From: a virus
Strand: one strand, 5' to 3'
Length of the DNA stretch: 64,000 nucleotides
Virus record (IMG/VR): IMGVR_UViG_3300001199_000004
Positions 17,481 to 26,800 of the stretch are shown one piece after another. A model generated the notes under the pieces. That model saw only the letters and a program-made list of their open reading frames with translations, made no database searches and had not been told where the DNA came from. The first letter of the stretch is position 1; every line of letters starts with the position of its first letter. A program made the position numbers and the translations under genes.

Positions 17481-17985
17481 TATAGATGCGATTTGGGAGC
17501 AGGAACACGTTTATTTACCATGTTTTGATGGTTATGGTTTTTTATCTTGGACGGTTGACGAGCAAATTAACAGGGTTTATGTTTATGGCACAAGCAAAAA
17601 ATATCAATATAGGACTTATTTGAATAGCCAAGATATTTTGAATTTACATTACGGCAATGGCAAATACTGTATGGTTTATGATAGTTTTGAGAAAAACCAT
17701 GTGTCATTTTGGGAGATAAAAAACAATATAATGATTGATTCAAGTGCATTTTGGATAAAGAATGATTACTTTTGTTTTTCTCCTGACAACAACACTGATT
17801 GCAGTCAAACGATCCGCAACAAGAAAACGAATGATTTGATTAATGTTCGCATAGGTGAACATTATTTTGATATTACCAAAGATTCCTTTAATGTTCATAT
17901 AAAAGAATATTCATATTATCATAATTTGATTAGAGACGGGTTTAAGATGTTTACTGGATTTGATTATGAAAAATGTTTTGCGTAG
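17461..17985 (+). CDS. RSID-tag family protein 6
   Basis: LRSIDAIWEQE; LNSQDILNLHYGNGKY. Confidence 0.8.
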   Translation: MYQTLRSIDAIWEQEHVYLPCFDGYGFLSWTVDEQINRVYVYGTSKKYQYRTYLNSQDILNLHYGNGKYCMVYDSFEKNHVSFWEIKNNIMIDSSAFWIKNDYFCFSPDNNTDCSQTIRNKKTNDLINVRIGEHYFDITKDSFNVHIKEYSYYHNLIRDGFKMFTGFDYEKCFA

Positions 17986-18470
17986 TATAGATGCTGATTG
18001 GGAAGAGGATGAAATGATTATAGTTGGAACAATTCCAGAATTTTCCAATAGTATGAGTTTTGAATGTTATGTGAACGGTAAATTCAAGAGATATTTATTT
18101 AATGTAGAAACATCTGTTTATCATCATGATTATGGGGTGGTGAATGGTGTTGTTCGAGGGAGAAGATACCATCATCAGCATAAAACAACTGATAAATACA
18201 TTAGAACTGATTACATAACTTTTTTATCAAGATGGCAAATTACACAATGTCGATGGTCCTGCGGTAATATCTGTATGTGATTATGCTGTTTTTCAGTTTT
18301 ACAAACGTGGTAAGCCTTGGCTGGTGATTAATAGCGATGATAACGATGGCAGATTCAAATACAGATTTAACTGTATGGTGGTAACTTGGGAAAATTTAGA
18401 GAATTATCGGCATACGCTTTTGGGTAATTTGTTTTCTACTTTGGGCGATTATGAGAAGTATAGATGCTGA
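17966..18470 (+). pseudogene. RSID-tag family protein 7, frameshifted at a T6 run (18220-18225)
   Basis: LRSIDADWEEDE; removing one T gives ...ITFYQDGKLHNVDGPA...KRGKPW... ending at 18470. Confidence 0.75.
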
Positions 18471-18849
18471 TTGGGAAGAGGACATCCATTTTTTTGATAA
18501 TGGAGGGTTTCTTGTAGACGTTTATTTTGGCCGAAAAAAATATAGTTTTAGTCTTCCTGATTCTTGGAATTACACATATTATTATTTTATGCGTCCCCCT
18601 AATTCTGTTGAATCTTACAGTGGATTGGTATTTGCTTGTGGATTTAATGGACATAGAGATATAATAGTTCAATTGAAGTTAAAAAAGAGTAAGCCAGTTT
18701 CTTTACATTCTAGGCATGGAACTTCTTATCTTTTTAACTGGTATCAAAATGGAGATCTTATAAGGGCAATTAGCACGGATATTAAGGATGCTTTTAATTA
18801 TCAAAAGTATATAGATGAGTTTGAAGAGGTATGTTTAGATTATGAATAA
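18451..18849 (+). CDS. RSID-tag family protein 8
   Basis: MRSIDADWEED. Confidence 0.8.
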   Translation: MRSIDADWEEDIHFFDNGGFLVDVYFGRKKYSFSLPDSWNYTYYYFMRPPNSVESYSGLVFACGFNGHRDIIVQLKLKKSKPVSLHSRHGTSYLFNWYQNGDLIRAISTDIKDAFNYQKYIDEFEEVCLDYE

Positions 18850-19231
18850 GTATCGTTCGATAGACAATTCATGGGATTTGGATGAATTTCATTGTGGAAT
18901 GAATGCTAAATGTTATGTGAATGGGGAATTGAAGGCTAAATTGCTTCCTGGCGGCGTTTTTTATTTCAACGGTGGTTTATTGGTTGAGAAGTTATTATTT
19001 CCTTATTATGGTGGTGGCTCTTATAAGATAATTGAGGACTTTCATTTAAATTTAACTATAGTACGAACAACAACATTAGTTAAGACAGATTCATTGGGCA
19101 AGATATTGATAAATAGTTGGCGTTGTGGGGATAATACCTTATATTTTTATTTTGAGCATAAGAATAAGGTACAAATGATGAGTTATGATTTTGAAGTGTT
19201 TGGCGGTAAATTACAAGAAAAAGGATGGTGA
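18842..19231 (+). CDS. RSID-tag family protein 9 (may continue into 19185..19403 by frameshift)
   Basis: YRSIDNSWDLDE; the overlapping downstream frame ends inside the next tag. Confidence 0.7.
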   Translation: MNKYRSIDNSWDLDEFHCGMNAKCYVNGELKAKLLPGGVFYFNGGLLVEKLLFPYYGGGSYKIIEDFHLNLTIVRTTTLVKTDSLGKILINSWRCGDNTLYFYFEHKNKVQMMSYDFEVFGGKLQEKGW

Positions 19232-19380
19232 GTTAGCGAATGCTTTATATTGGCCTGATAAAAACATAACTTTGAATGACGCATCTAATGATGTGTATAA
19301 TTCTGAGTTGAAGGAATATTTTGCGGATTACTTTCAGAATTTGTGTTCTGAGATTTCGTTGTATGAAATGGAGATAGATG

Positions 19381-19727
19381 ATGTCTCATTATCGGTCGAT
19401 TGATGCTGATTGGGATTCAGAGATCCACCATTTAGATTGTTATAATCCTTTTAAATCGGCAATATAAATATATTTTTAGAATTTTTGGTAGATGAAATCA
19501 CAATAGAAGTTTATGGTTCAATTTACAAGAAAAAAGCCGAATATGTACGTGCCAGTTTTAGTAGCACTACTGGCATAAATAGAGGTTTTTATGAATATCA
19601 TTATACAAAATCTTGTAGAACTAAGGCGGCTGGCAGTATGGAGCCTTCATGGTTGACAGAAGAGTTGGGAGACTACAACTTTTATGCATCCTTATTAGAG
19701 GAATACAGCATTTATGAGAAGTATTGA
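19381..19727 (+). pseudogene. RSID-tag family protein 10, internally deleted or truncated
   Basis: MSHYRSIDADWDSE stops at 19467; 19485..19727 is homologous to the C-terminal half of 19714..20313. Confidence 0.7.
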
Positions 19728-20316
19728 TGCTCCTTGGGGTCAAGACGAGGTTTTCTATTTAGATTCTCCGCCTTGTATAGAATATAAGTTTCAATTTAAT
19801 GGTCAGTCGCAAACATGTTTTCTGAATGGCCACAATGATTTAGCAGAAAGGCTTGAATTTATTGTAAAAAAGACAAAAGACACATTACAGACTGGTTATT
19901 ATAAGTTTGTGGGGATTGATTCAACATATCTTTCGACACATTTTATATTTATAGAACATGGCAATTTACGTTGCAACTGGGTTCCAAGAACAATAAATTT
20001 TAACACTTTGGGAGTTCCCAACAACCCCAATGCGATTATGAATTTGGGGTTTTTGGTAGATAACATTGAAATAGGGGTTTATGGTTCCATTTATTCCAAA
20101 AAGTCTAAGGATTGGATTTATGGGAAGAAGGCTGAGATGGTACGAGCAACTTTTAATTCTGCAGAAGGGACATACGAGTATCACTACACGAAATCTTGTA
20201 GAACTAAGGCTAGCATGGCGGCGGAGCCTGCATGGTTGACAGAAGAGCTATTGGCTGATTACAATCATTATGCTTCATTATTGGAGGAATACAGCATTTA
20301 TGAGAAGTATTGATGC
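19698..20316 (+). repeat. Direct-repeat pair (33-nt exact core at 19698-19730 and 20284-20316)
   Basis: GAGGAATACAGCATTTATGAGAAGTATTGATGC occurs twice, with imperfect similarity extending upstream. Confidence 0.85.
19714..20313 (+). CDS. RSID-tag family protein 11
   Basis: MRSIDAPWGQDE. Confidence 0.8.
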   Translation: MRSIDAPWGQDEVFYLDSPPCIEYKFQFNGQSQTCFLNGHNDLAERLEFIVKKTKDTLQTGYYKFVGIDSTYLSTHFIFIEHGNLRCNWVPRTINFNTLGVPNNPNAIMNLGFLVDNIEIGVYGSIYSKKSKDWIYGKKAEMVRATFNSAEGTYEYHYTKSCRTKASMAAEPAWLTEELLADYNHYASLLEEYSIYEKY

Positions 20317-20815
20317 GGTGTGGGAGAAATCTGAGCTTATTTACATTGATAAAAAAGGCAAAGATTTACTTTTGGTTATTGAAGAGAATGGCCAAGAGAC
20401 TTGGTTTTGTTATGATCAGAGTCAAATTGCTTCAAAGCACATAATTGATGAAAAGATATCTAATTTTTTGATTAGTTATTTTAGAGACGGCAATATTAGA
20501 TTACAAAAATTGTTGGACCCAGAATTGCCTTTTACAGAGGTTCAACAAAATATTGTTATTTTGAAGTTAAAAGACGGTAAACTGTTGGATGGTCCGTCTT
20601 ATATCTCATTTTTCAATGACATTGTTATTTCTGTTAGCATTATTGAGAACAATAACCCTGTTAAGACCATAAGTTGTTTTAAACATGGTAAAATTAAAGT
20701 TGGCAGTTATAATGAAAAAACTTTAATAGGTCAATATATTGACCATTTAAAAGGGGGAACTTTTTATGCTTGCTATGCTGCCGAACTAGCTGCCATTGGC
20801 CCTAATTTTGCTTAA
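20300..20815 (+). CDS. RSID-tag family protein 12 (start revised)
   Basis: MRSIDAVWEKSE. Confidence 0.8.
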   Translation: MRSIDAVWEKSELIYIDKKGKDLLLVIEENGQETWFCYDQSQIASKHIIDEKISNFLISYFRDGNIRLQKLLDPELPFTEVQQNIVILKLKDGKLLDGPSYISFFNDIVISVSIIENNNPVKTISCFKHGKIKVGSYNEKTLIGQYIDHLKGGTFYACYAAELAAIGPNFA

Positions 20816-20830
20816 CTGGGAGCATATGAA

Positions 20831-21322
20831 ATGCGTTCTATAGGAAATTTACGATCTATAGATTTCCCTTGGGGAGAGGATCAGGTTGTTTATTTTGATT
20901 GTGATAGTGATGATTTTGGGATAGAGCGATGGGATTGTTATAACAATGGGCACAAGTTTATTCTTTTCCATTCAGAGAAAAAACCATTAAGTCAAATAAA
21001 GTTTGCTAAAAATGGTTTGGTGATTGCCCAAAAAACCATTCAAGGGCCAGGAAAAAAGTATTATGATTATGCTAATTTATGGTATAATAATGGTTTGTTG
21101 CATAATTCAAATGGGCCTGCAATAGTTTACAATACCAATTGGGGAAATGGTTGGTTTTTTTCATGGTATATGAATGGCAAGCCTTGGAAGTGTGGCAAAC
21201 ACGGTCACAGGTTTAATTGCAAGCAAGAGAATGTCCTTTATGAGAAAATATATCAGGACAGACGACGGATTTACATAAAAGATTTAGTGAATAATTTCCA
21301 TGGAAAAATACCGATCAATTGA
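20831..21322 (+). CDS. RSID-tag family protein 13 (HxxxGPA repeat)
   Basis: MRSIGNLRSIDFPWGEDQ (partly duplicated tag); LHNSNGPA; GKPW. Confidence 0.8.
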   Translation: MRSIGNLRSIDFPWGEDQVVYFDCDSDDFGIERWDCYNNGHKFILFHSEKKPLSQIKFAKNGLVIAQKTIQGPGKKYYDYANLWYNNGLLHNSNGPAIVYNTNWGNGWFFSWYMNGKPWKCGKHGHRFNCKQENVLYEKIYQDRRRIYIKDLVNNFHGKIPIN

Positions 21323-21908
21323 TGCCAATTGGGAGCAGGACGAACATCTTTACATAGATGATTGTGGGGAACTGCAGGAATACTTGTTTAACGGCAGAAA
21401 ACATTATGCTATTGTAAGCAATAAAATTGACGATTATTTTTATTCCAATTCTTCTTCTAATATTGCCCAACGAATTGTTGATGCAACTCGTACTGATTTT
21501 GACACTGGCATGTATCAATTTAATTATATGAATGACATGTATTTTTGGATTTACAATTCTACTTTAGGGGCACATAACAAACCTGAAAGCTTGTTTGTAG
21601 CTCCATTGTCGCACTATTCGATTAATTTCAACAAAAAGCTTCAAAAGTTATCTCAAATTTCTGGTACAATGGAGAATGGTCGGCGATCAAAAGCATTTAA
21701 CTTACAATACCATCATTCCAATGAGTCTTGGGCGTTCAATTTGCATGTTGACGGCACAATTAAGATTAGTTCTAAGCCCAATACCACTTACATGACGCTT
21801 GACCAAAAAAGTGATTTGCCACAATGGTTTAAGAAGTGTAAAAAAGAGTATTCAGATTATGTCCAAATTGTCGAAGACGTTTTTGCCAAAATACCGCTCG
21901 ATAGATAG
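21300..21908 (+). CDS. RSID-tag family protein 14
   Basis: YRSIDANWEQDE. Confidence 0.8.
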   Translation: MEKYRSIDANWEQDEHLYIDDCGELQEYLFNGRKHYAIVSNKIDDYFYSNSSSNIAQRIVDATRTDFDTGMYQFNYMNDMYFWIYNSTLGAHNKPESLFVAPLSHYSINFNKKLQKLSQISGTMENGRRSKAFNLQYHHSNESWAFNLHVDGTIKISSKPNTTYMTLDQKSDLPQWFKKCKKEYSDYVQIVEDVFAKIPLDR

Positions 21909-22431
21909 TTCTTGGGATGGGGACGAAGTTGTTATTTTGCCATTGGCAAGTGGAGGCATACCCAGAAGGGCATCTGTAGTATATCATACTACTTCTTTTG
22001 GTAAAATAAAATATCTTGTTTATTATGGTATGAAATTTCAGATTTATCGACATTTTGCCAATGGTTTAGTTTGGATTGAAAAAACCTATATCGACAATTG
22101 GGAGGACAATGCCAAACAATTAGTTTTGGTTAAAGACGGTTATTCTGTATTTACCTTAAGACATAATTCTGGGATTTTACATGAAGTTTGTTTTCATCAT
22201 CAAGGCAATAAACTAAGCGGTATTCTCAATAAAAGCACAACTCAAGGAATTGGGGTGGAATACGCTGTAGTTTATGGCCCTTATTTATCTTTTTGTGTAA
22301 ATGAATTGGGTTCTAAAAACCATGAAATGACACGTATGATTGTTTATAAGGAGAAATCTTTTTCTTATTATAATAAATGTTTTAACATTTATCAGAGATA
22401 TTTAGAGGCTAGACTAAATGAGATCCATTGA
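21883..22431 (+). CDS. RSID-tag family protein 15 (start TTG 21883 or ATG 21859)
   Basis: KYRSIDSSWDGDE; C-terminal KSFSYYN shared with protein 16. Confidence 0.75.
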   Translation: MPKYRSIDSSWDGDEVVILPLASGGIPRRASVVYHTTSFGKIKYLVYYGMKFQIYRHFANGLVWIEKTYIDNWEDNAKQLVLVKDGYSVFTLRHNSGILHEVCFHHQGNKLSGILNKSTTQGIGVEYAVVYGPYLSFCVNELGSKNHEMTRMIVYKEKSFSYYNKCFNIYQRYLEARLNEIH

Positions 22432-22966
22432 TACTCCCTGGGAAAAAGATGAGATTTTATTTTTAGGTGAGAAACACCGATGTAAAGTACAGACGGGTGA
22501 ATCTTATGTTGTTGTTTATGATGACATGCAAAAAGTTTGTGAATATTTTGGGTCAGGCATTTTGATTCTTTCGTGTTTTGCATCTTCACATGCCCAATTA
22601 ACAGCCTATTTGGAATCGTGTACCCCCTCTAGATGTATTAGGGTTAAAAACGGCAAAAGTCATTCTTTCATGATTACAAACAATGACAATCTTTTATCTG
22701 TTGGGTTTAATAGGCCAAAAGAAAAGTTGTTTAAAATATCTAAAAACGATTACAAAGATGATAGAGGCTATTTTTACAGGCTTATTTTTAAGCAGGATAA
22801 TGGCGGGGAAACTACAAACGTGTCAATTCATAAAGATAAAAAACCGCCTGATTACCAACACAATGGCTACAGAATTAAAATAAAATCTTTCTCATATTAT
22901 AATAGGTTATTTAATTTATATGAGGGAATATTAAAAGATGCGTTCAATAGATGCACAATGGGATGA
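22418..22966 (+). CDS. RSID-tag family protein 16
   Basis: MRSIDTPWEKDE. Confidence 0.8.
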   Translation: MRSIDTPWEKDEILFLGEKHRCKVQTGESYVVVYDDMQKVCEYFGSGILILSCFASSHAQLTAYLESCTPSRCIRVKNGKSHSFMITNNDNLLSVGFNRPKEKLFKISKNDYKDDRGYFYRLIFKQDNGGETTNVSIHKDKKPPDYQHNGYRIKIKSFSYYNRLFNLYEGILKDAFNRCTMG

Positions 22967-23450
22967 AGATGAAGTTGTTGATTTGGGTGGTAAGTATTTG
23001 TACCAAGTTCAATATGGACAATCTCACAAACAACAGGTAAAATCCAAACAAGATCCTCAAGACAAATATGGTTATGCCCGAGACGTTTTTAACTATTACA
23101 AGCCATTTGTGGATGGCAAACTAGATGTTTTTTATGAAGACAGGTTGGCTAGTTCTTTTTGGTTTAAAGATGGTTGTTTGCACAATCCATATGGTCCTGC
23201 CAAGTTGGTTTATCGAAAATGCGGCAATATGGTATTTGAGTGGGTACTAAATGACAAGAGATTTGCATTAAGGGCGGATAAGATTGTCAGCATTGGCGGG
23301 AGCATTAGAATGGGTGAACGGCGGCTGCATATTATGAAACAAGGGGTTAACGGTTGTGTTGTTTCTTTTTTAACAAAAGAAAAGAATAAGTCTGAACATT
23401 ATTTCTTCCGTATTTACGACGAATTAATCAATGAATACAAGAAGCATTGA
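22938..23450 (+). CDS. RSID-tag family protein 17 (HxxxGPA repeat)
   Basis: MRSIDAQWDEDE; LHNPYGPA. Confidence 0.8.
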   Translation: MRSIDAQWDEDEVVDLGGKYLYQVQYGQSHKQQVKSKQDPQDKYGYARDVFNYYKPFVDGKLDVFYEDRLASSFWFKDGCLHNPYGPAKLVYRKCGNMVFEWVLNDKRFALRADKIVSIGGSIRMGERRLHIMKQGVNGCVVSFLTKEKNKSEHYFFRIYDELINEYKKH

Positions 23451-23919
23451 CACTCCTTGGGAAGACATGGGGACAGTCTATTTCGATGGGGACGAGGAAT
23501 GTTTGGTGGAGAATTTGGACACAAAGGAAATTTTTAGATTTGGTTGTTCCTGTTATTCACTTTTGGACGTTTTTGATAAGTCAATCAACAAGTTTTCAAT
23601 TTTTTTATTTAACTATTTCATAGATGGCAGCTTTGAATTACGCCACAACAACTACATTTCCATTAAATTTAGGTTGTTTAATAGGAAATTGGCGAATGGA
23701 GCTTCTGTGATTAGTAATTTTGGCGGAGAGGCTGTATCGGTTGCTTGGTATCACAATGGTTCTTTTGTTAAAAAAATATGTCAAAACAGCAGGGGAGAAA
23801 CAGTTTCTCTTATTAAGAGAAATTCTTATGGTACAATAGTGACAGAGACTTTTAGCAGCAAACAAGACAGCAAAAGAAAACAGTTACTATCTATTTTGGG
23901 TCAATATGCGAAGCATTGA
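23431..23919 (+). CDS. RSID-tag family protein 18
   Basis: TRSIDTPWED. Confidence 0.8.
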   Translation: MNTRSIDTPWEDMGTVYFDGDEECLVENLDTKEIFRFGCSCYSLLDVFDKSINKFSIFLFNYFIDGSFELRHNNYISIKFRLFNRKLANGASVISNFGGEAVSVAWYHNGSFVKKICQNSRGETVSLIKRNSYGTIVTETFSSKQDSKRKQLLSILGQYAKH

Positions 23920-24439
23920 TGAGGATTGGGAGTCTGGGGATGTTATTTATTTGGATGATATTGAAAAATGCACAAAAACCCATGTAGTCAAAGTTAATGG
24001 TGAAAAAAATTATCTTTATGTAAATCCTATTAAAAAAGGATTGTTGGAAGAAGTAATAAAAATTTTCCCCAATGGAAAAATTACTTTACATTATACGGAT
24101 TTAGATTTCAACATAACTTGTTCGGTTAAAAATGGTAAATACATAAAAGGCACGCCAACAATTGGAGATTCTAAATTATCGACAATTATTTATTGGTTTG
24201 ATGAAAATGGCAAGAGAATAACTATTGATGGGATAAATCAATTTGACTTTCACAAACACAATGAATCAATCGAAATATCTTTTGCTCTCAAACATCGAAC
24301 TAAAGAACTTAAAATGATTGTTTCCAAAAATGATAAGCCTTATTTTAGGGGTCGTGGTCGGTACTTGAAAAGGTTTATGTGTTGTGATATAAAAGACTAC
24401 GCATACTATGCAGATTTAATCCATTCCATTGTACCTTAA
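23906..24439 (+). CDS. RSID-tag family protein 19
   Basis: MRSIDEDWESGD; ends IHSIVP* inside a motif copy. Confidence 0.8.
   Translation: MRSIDEDWESGDVIYLDDIEKCTKTHVVKVNGEKNYLYVNPIKKGLLEEVIKIFPNGKITLHYTDLDFNITCSVKNGKYIKGTPTIGDSKLSTIIYWFDENGKRITIDGINQFDFHKHNESIEISFALKHRTKELKMIVSKNDKPYFRGRGRYLKRFMCCDIKDYAYYADLIHSIVP
24422..24437 (+). promoter_or_regulatory. Repeated motif (CC variant)
   Basis: CATTCCATTGTACCTT-AAACACT-ATG. Confidence 0.75.
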
Positions 24440-24444
24440 ACACT

Positions 24445-25011
24445 ATGAATATTTATCGTTCTATAGATAGCTCTTGGGACCATTCGGACACGATTTTCTT
24501 GGCCGAGGGACAAGATATTGTCCCTATACGAGTAGAAAACGATAAACATAAATACACTATTTATGTGTCAGAAAAAACTATTGCTTGCAAAAACGTATTT
24601 ACAACTATTTTATCTAATGTTGGGTTTACTGGTCAGATTAGTGTTCAACTTCCTGATGGTGGTGAAGTTTATTATGGTTGGGCACAAAACAACAAACTTC
24701 ACAGAGAAGATGGTCCTGCGTTCATTAAAATGTCTTCTTTAGAAGGCCCCGTTCTTGCTGTTCAATGGCTGTTAAATGGCACATTTGATACGAGTATCAA
24801 CAATTATTTAGTTGGCATTGATAGGCTGGCTCTAAGTTTAAAATTCTTTTACAGAATAGGGTTGGAAAAGTTCCAAATTATCCGTAGTGATCGTTCTTCT
24901 AGTGAGGTTGAAACTGCTCCGATGGGTTTAAAAGAAGTTATCAATAAGCATTCGGAGATTGATTTCAAAACTTGGGACACCTTATTAAATACTTATAATC
25001 CAAACTTATGA
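24445..25011 (+). CDS. RSID-tag family protein 20 (HxxxGPA repeat), probably leaderless
   Basis: YRSIDSSWDHSD; LHREDGPA. Confidence 0.8.
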   Translation: MNIYRSIDSSWDHSDTIFLAEGQDIVPIRVENDKHKYTIYVSEKTIACKNVFTTILSNVGFTGQISVQLPDGGEVYYGWAQNNKLHREDGPAFIKMSSLEGPVLAVQWLLNGTFDTSINNYLVGIDRLALSLKFFYRIGLEKFQIIRSDRSSSEVETAPMGLKEVINKHSEIDFKTWDTLLNTYNPNL

Positions 25012-25592
25012 ACAGGTCTATTGATGCCATTTGGGATGCAGATTTTTGCAGCAGCAATGGAATTATTGATTTGGGTGGAAAAAAACAACGTCATTTCATG
25101 ATGGAATTTAATAGAATTCCATATTTGCTTAAAACAAGAGTTGCTTTTGAAAAAGAAGAATTGGCGAAAACAATAGTTTGTGGCCACGTTAAATTACAAT
25201 TGCCCATTGTAGAATCCATTCATGAAAATACCAAAGAATTAATTTCTGAGTTTAAAATAACCAGAAAATTTGGAGAAATGAGCAATGATTACAACAAAAG
25301 AAATTATAACATATATTTGTTTAGTGAGGGTCGATTGCATCATGATATTTTGCCAGCTTATGTTTGCGTCCGGCTTAAGTCAGCTTATTATGCAAGTTGG
25401 TATCTAAAAGGGAAAATGGTCAAAACATTGGACGAAACCATAGTGGGGGGGTCTAATGTTAAAAAAAGAAGATGGCATTTAGATCAAGAAGGTTTTGGGC
25501 ATTTTTTGATTGATGATGATTTTATTCATGAATTTGCAGAGCTTGACAGAAAGTTAATTAATGGAGATTTATATGACGAATTCACAAGCTAA
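25008..25592 (+). CDS. RSID-tag family protein 21
   Basis: NRSIDAIWDAD; LHHDILPA...WYLKG. Confidence 0.8.
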   Translation: MNRSIDAIWDADFCSSNGIIDLGGKKQRHFMMEFNRIPYLLKTRVAFEKEELAKTIVCGHVKLQLPIVESIHENTKELISEFKITRKFGEMSNDYNKRNYNIYLFSEGRLHHDILPAYVCVRLKSAYYASWYLKGKMVKTLDETIVGGSNVKKRRWHLDQEGFGHFLIDDDFIHEFAELDRKLINGDLYDEFTS

Positions 25593-25869
25593 GTGGTATA
25601 TTCATCATTTTGCTGATTATCATGAAATTAACGACATTGGAGAATATAAATCCATTGAATTAGGTTGTTTTCCAACCAAAGAATCCAGCTATCATCGTTA
25701 TTTTGGATTGTTTTATACAGGCCGTAAACCAGGAGCAGATAAGGTGTTAGATGCTGTTTTAGGCTTGGTTGATGTAATAGTTGCTCCAAAGAACGAAGAG
25801 GACTACGATGAAACAACAACTACGGCAAATGAAGTGAAAGAATCCATTAGACTTGCATTGAAAAATTAA
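25573..25869 (+). CDS. Hypothetical protein without the tag
   Basis: GGAG SD before MTNSQA. Confidence 0.65.
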   Translation: MTNSQAKWYIHHFADYHEINDIGEYKSIELGCFPTKESSYHRYFGLFYTGRKPGADKVLDAVLGLVDVIVAPKNEEDYDETTTTANEVKESIRLALKN

Positions 25870-25911
25870 AAATGCTAAACTATGGAATCATCCTCAACAA
25901 AAGGTAAAAAC

Positions 25912-26742
25912 ATGAGTGAAGAAGCAGAAAAGATTATGGGCAGTATTGGCAAAAAACCCGCCATTGTATTTGCCTTCGATACTACTGGATCTATGTCGGG
26001 CTGTATAGCCAATGTAAGAAAAAACATTAAAGAATTAGCTGAAAAGCTATTTGAAGAAATCCCTGGGTTAAAGATGGGTTTAATTGCTCACGGTGATTAT
26101 TGTGATGGCGAGAAATGCTATCAACAATTAGATTTGACTGGTGAGATTAGCGATATCATTAATTTCATTGAAAAAAACCATACTACTTCTGGTGGTGATG
26201 CCGATGAATGTTATGAGTATGTTTTCCGAAGAGCCATTGAATTGAGTTGGCCTGAAGAGGGTGGCACACTTGTTATGATTGGGGATTGTGCCCCTCATGA
26301 TGAAGCCTATTATGCTAATTTCAATAACTTTTCAACGTCATATTCTGGGGCTCGTGAATATTTCAATCCCATCCAAGAGACTAAGGTATCTGATCCAGTT
26401 CCTTTCATTGATTGGAAGGTTGAATTAGAGAATTTAAAAGCCAAGAACATTGAAGTTTTTGGGGTACAATGTATGAAGATGGATGCTTCCTATCGCAGTA
26501 AAGAAAATCAATTTTGGGAAGGAATTGGTCAAATTGCTGGAACACCATTGATTATCATGGATAATTTCCAAGATAGTTATCAGACATTAGGGAGCATTAC
26601 CCGTGCTACTTTGTCGGATTCTGATGAAGATGTTGAAAGCTATGTTAGAACGGCAACTTGTTCTGTTGCAAATGCAGCTAGTTATTCTGACAATGTTTCT
26701 AAATTATCTGCTTATCGCAGTAGTAAGAAATCTAAAGAATAA
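25912..26742 (+). CDS. von Willebrand factor A (vWA) domain protein
   Basis: FAFDTTGSM MIDAS-like motif; GDYCD; GGDADECYE; VMIGDCAPH. Confidence 0.85.
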   Translation: MSEEAEKIMGSIGKKPAIVFAFDTTGSMSGCIANVRKNIKELAEKLFEEIPGLKMGLIAHGDYCDGEKCYQQLDLTGEISDIINFIEKNHTTSGGDADECYEYVFRRAIELSWPEEGGTLVMIGDCAPHDEAYYANFNNFSTSYSGAREYFNPIQETKVSDPVPFIDWKVELENLKAKNIEVFGVQCMKMDASYRSKENQFWEGIGQIAGTPLIIMDNFQDSYQTLGSITRATLSDSDEDVESYVRTATCSVANAASYSDNVSKLSAYRSSKKSKE

Positions 26743-26764
26743 ATTTCATAACAATTGAAATGAG

Positions 26765-26798
26765 GAAATGCCGCTCTATATGAGCGGTATTTCTATTT
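26765..26798 (+). terminator. Intrinsic terminator after the vWA gene
   Basis: GAAATGCCGCTC-TATAT-GAGCGGTATTTC then TATTT. Confidence 0.7.
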
Positions 26799-26800
26799 AT

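Noticed and set aside
19166-19178. Partial reverse match to the motif (AAGGTACAAATGA)
   Set aside because: Intragenic, opposite to local transcription and lacking the correct spacing; likely chance
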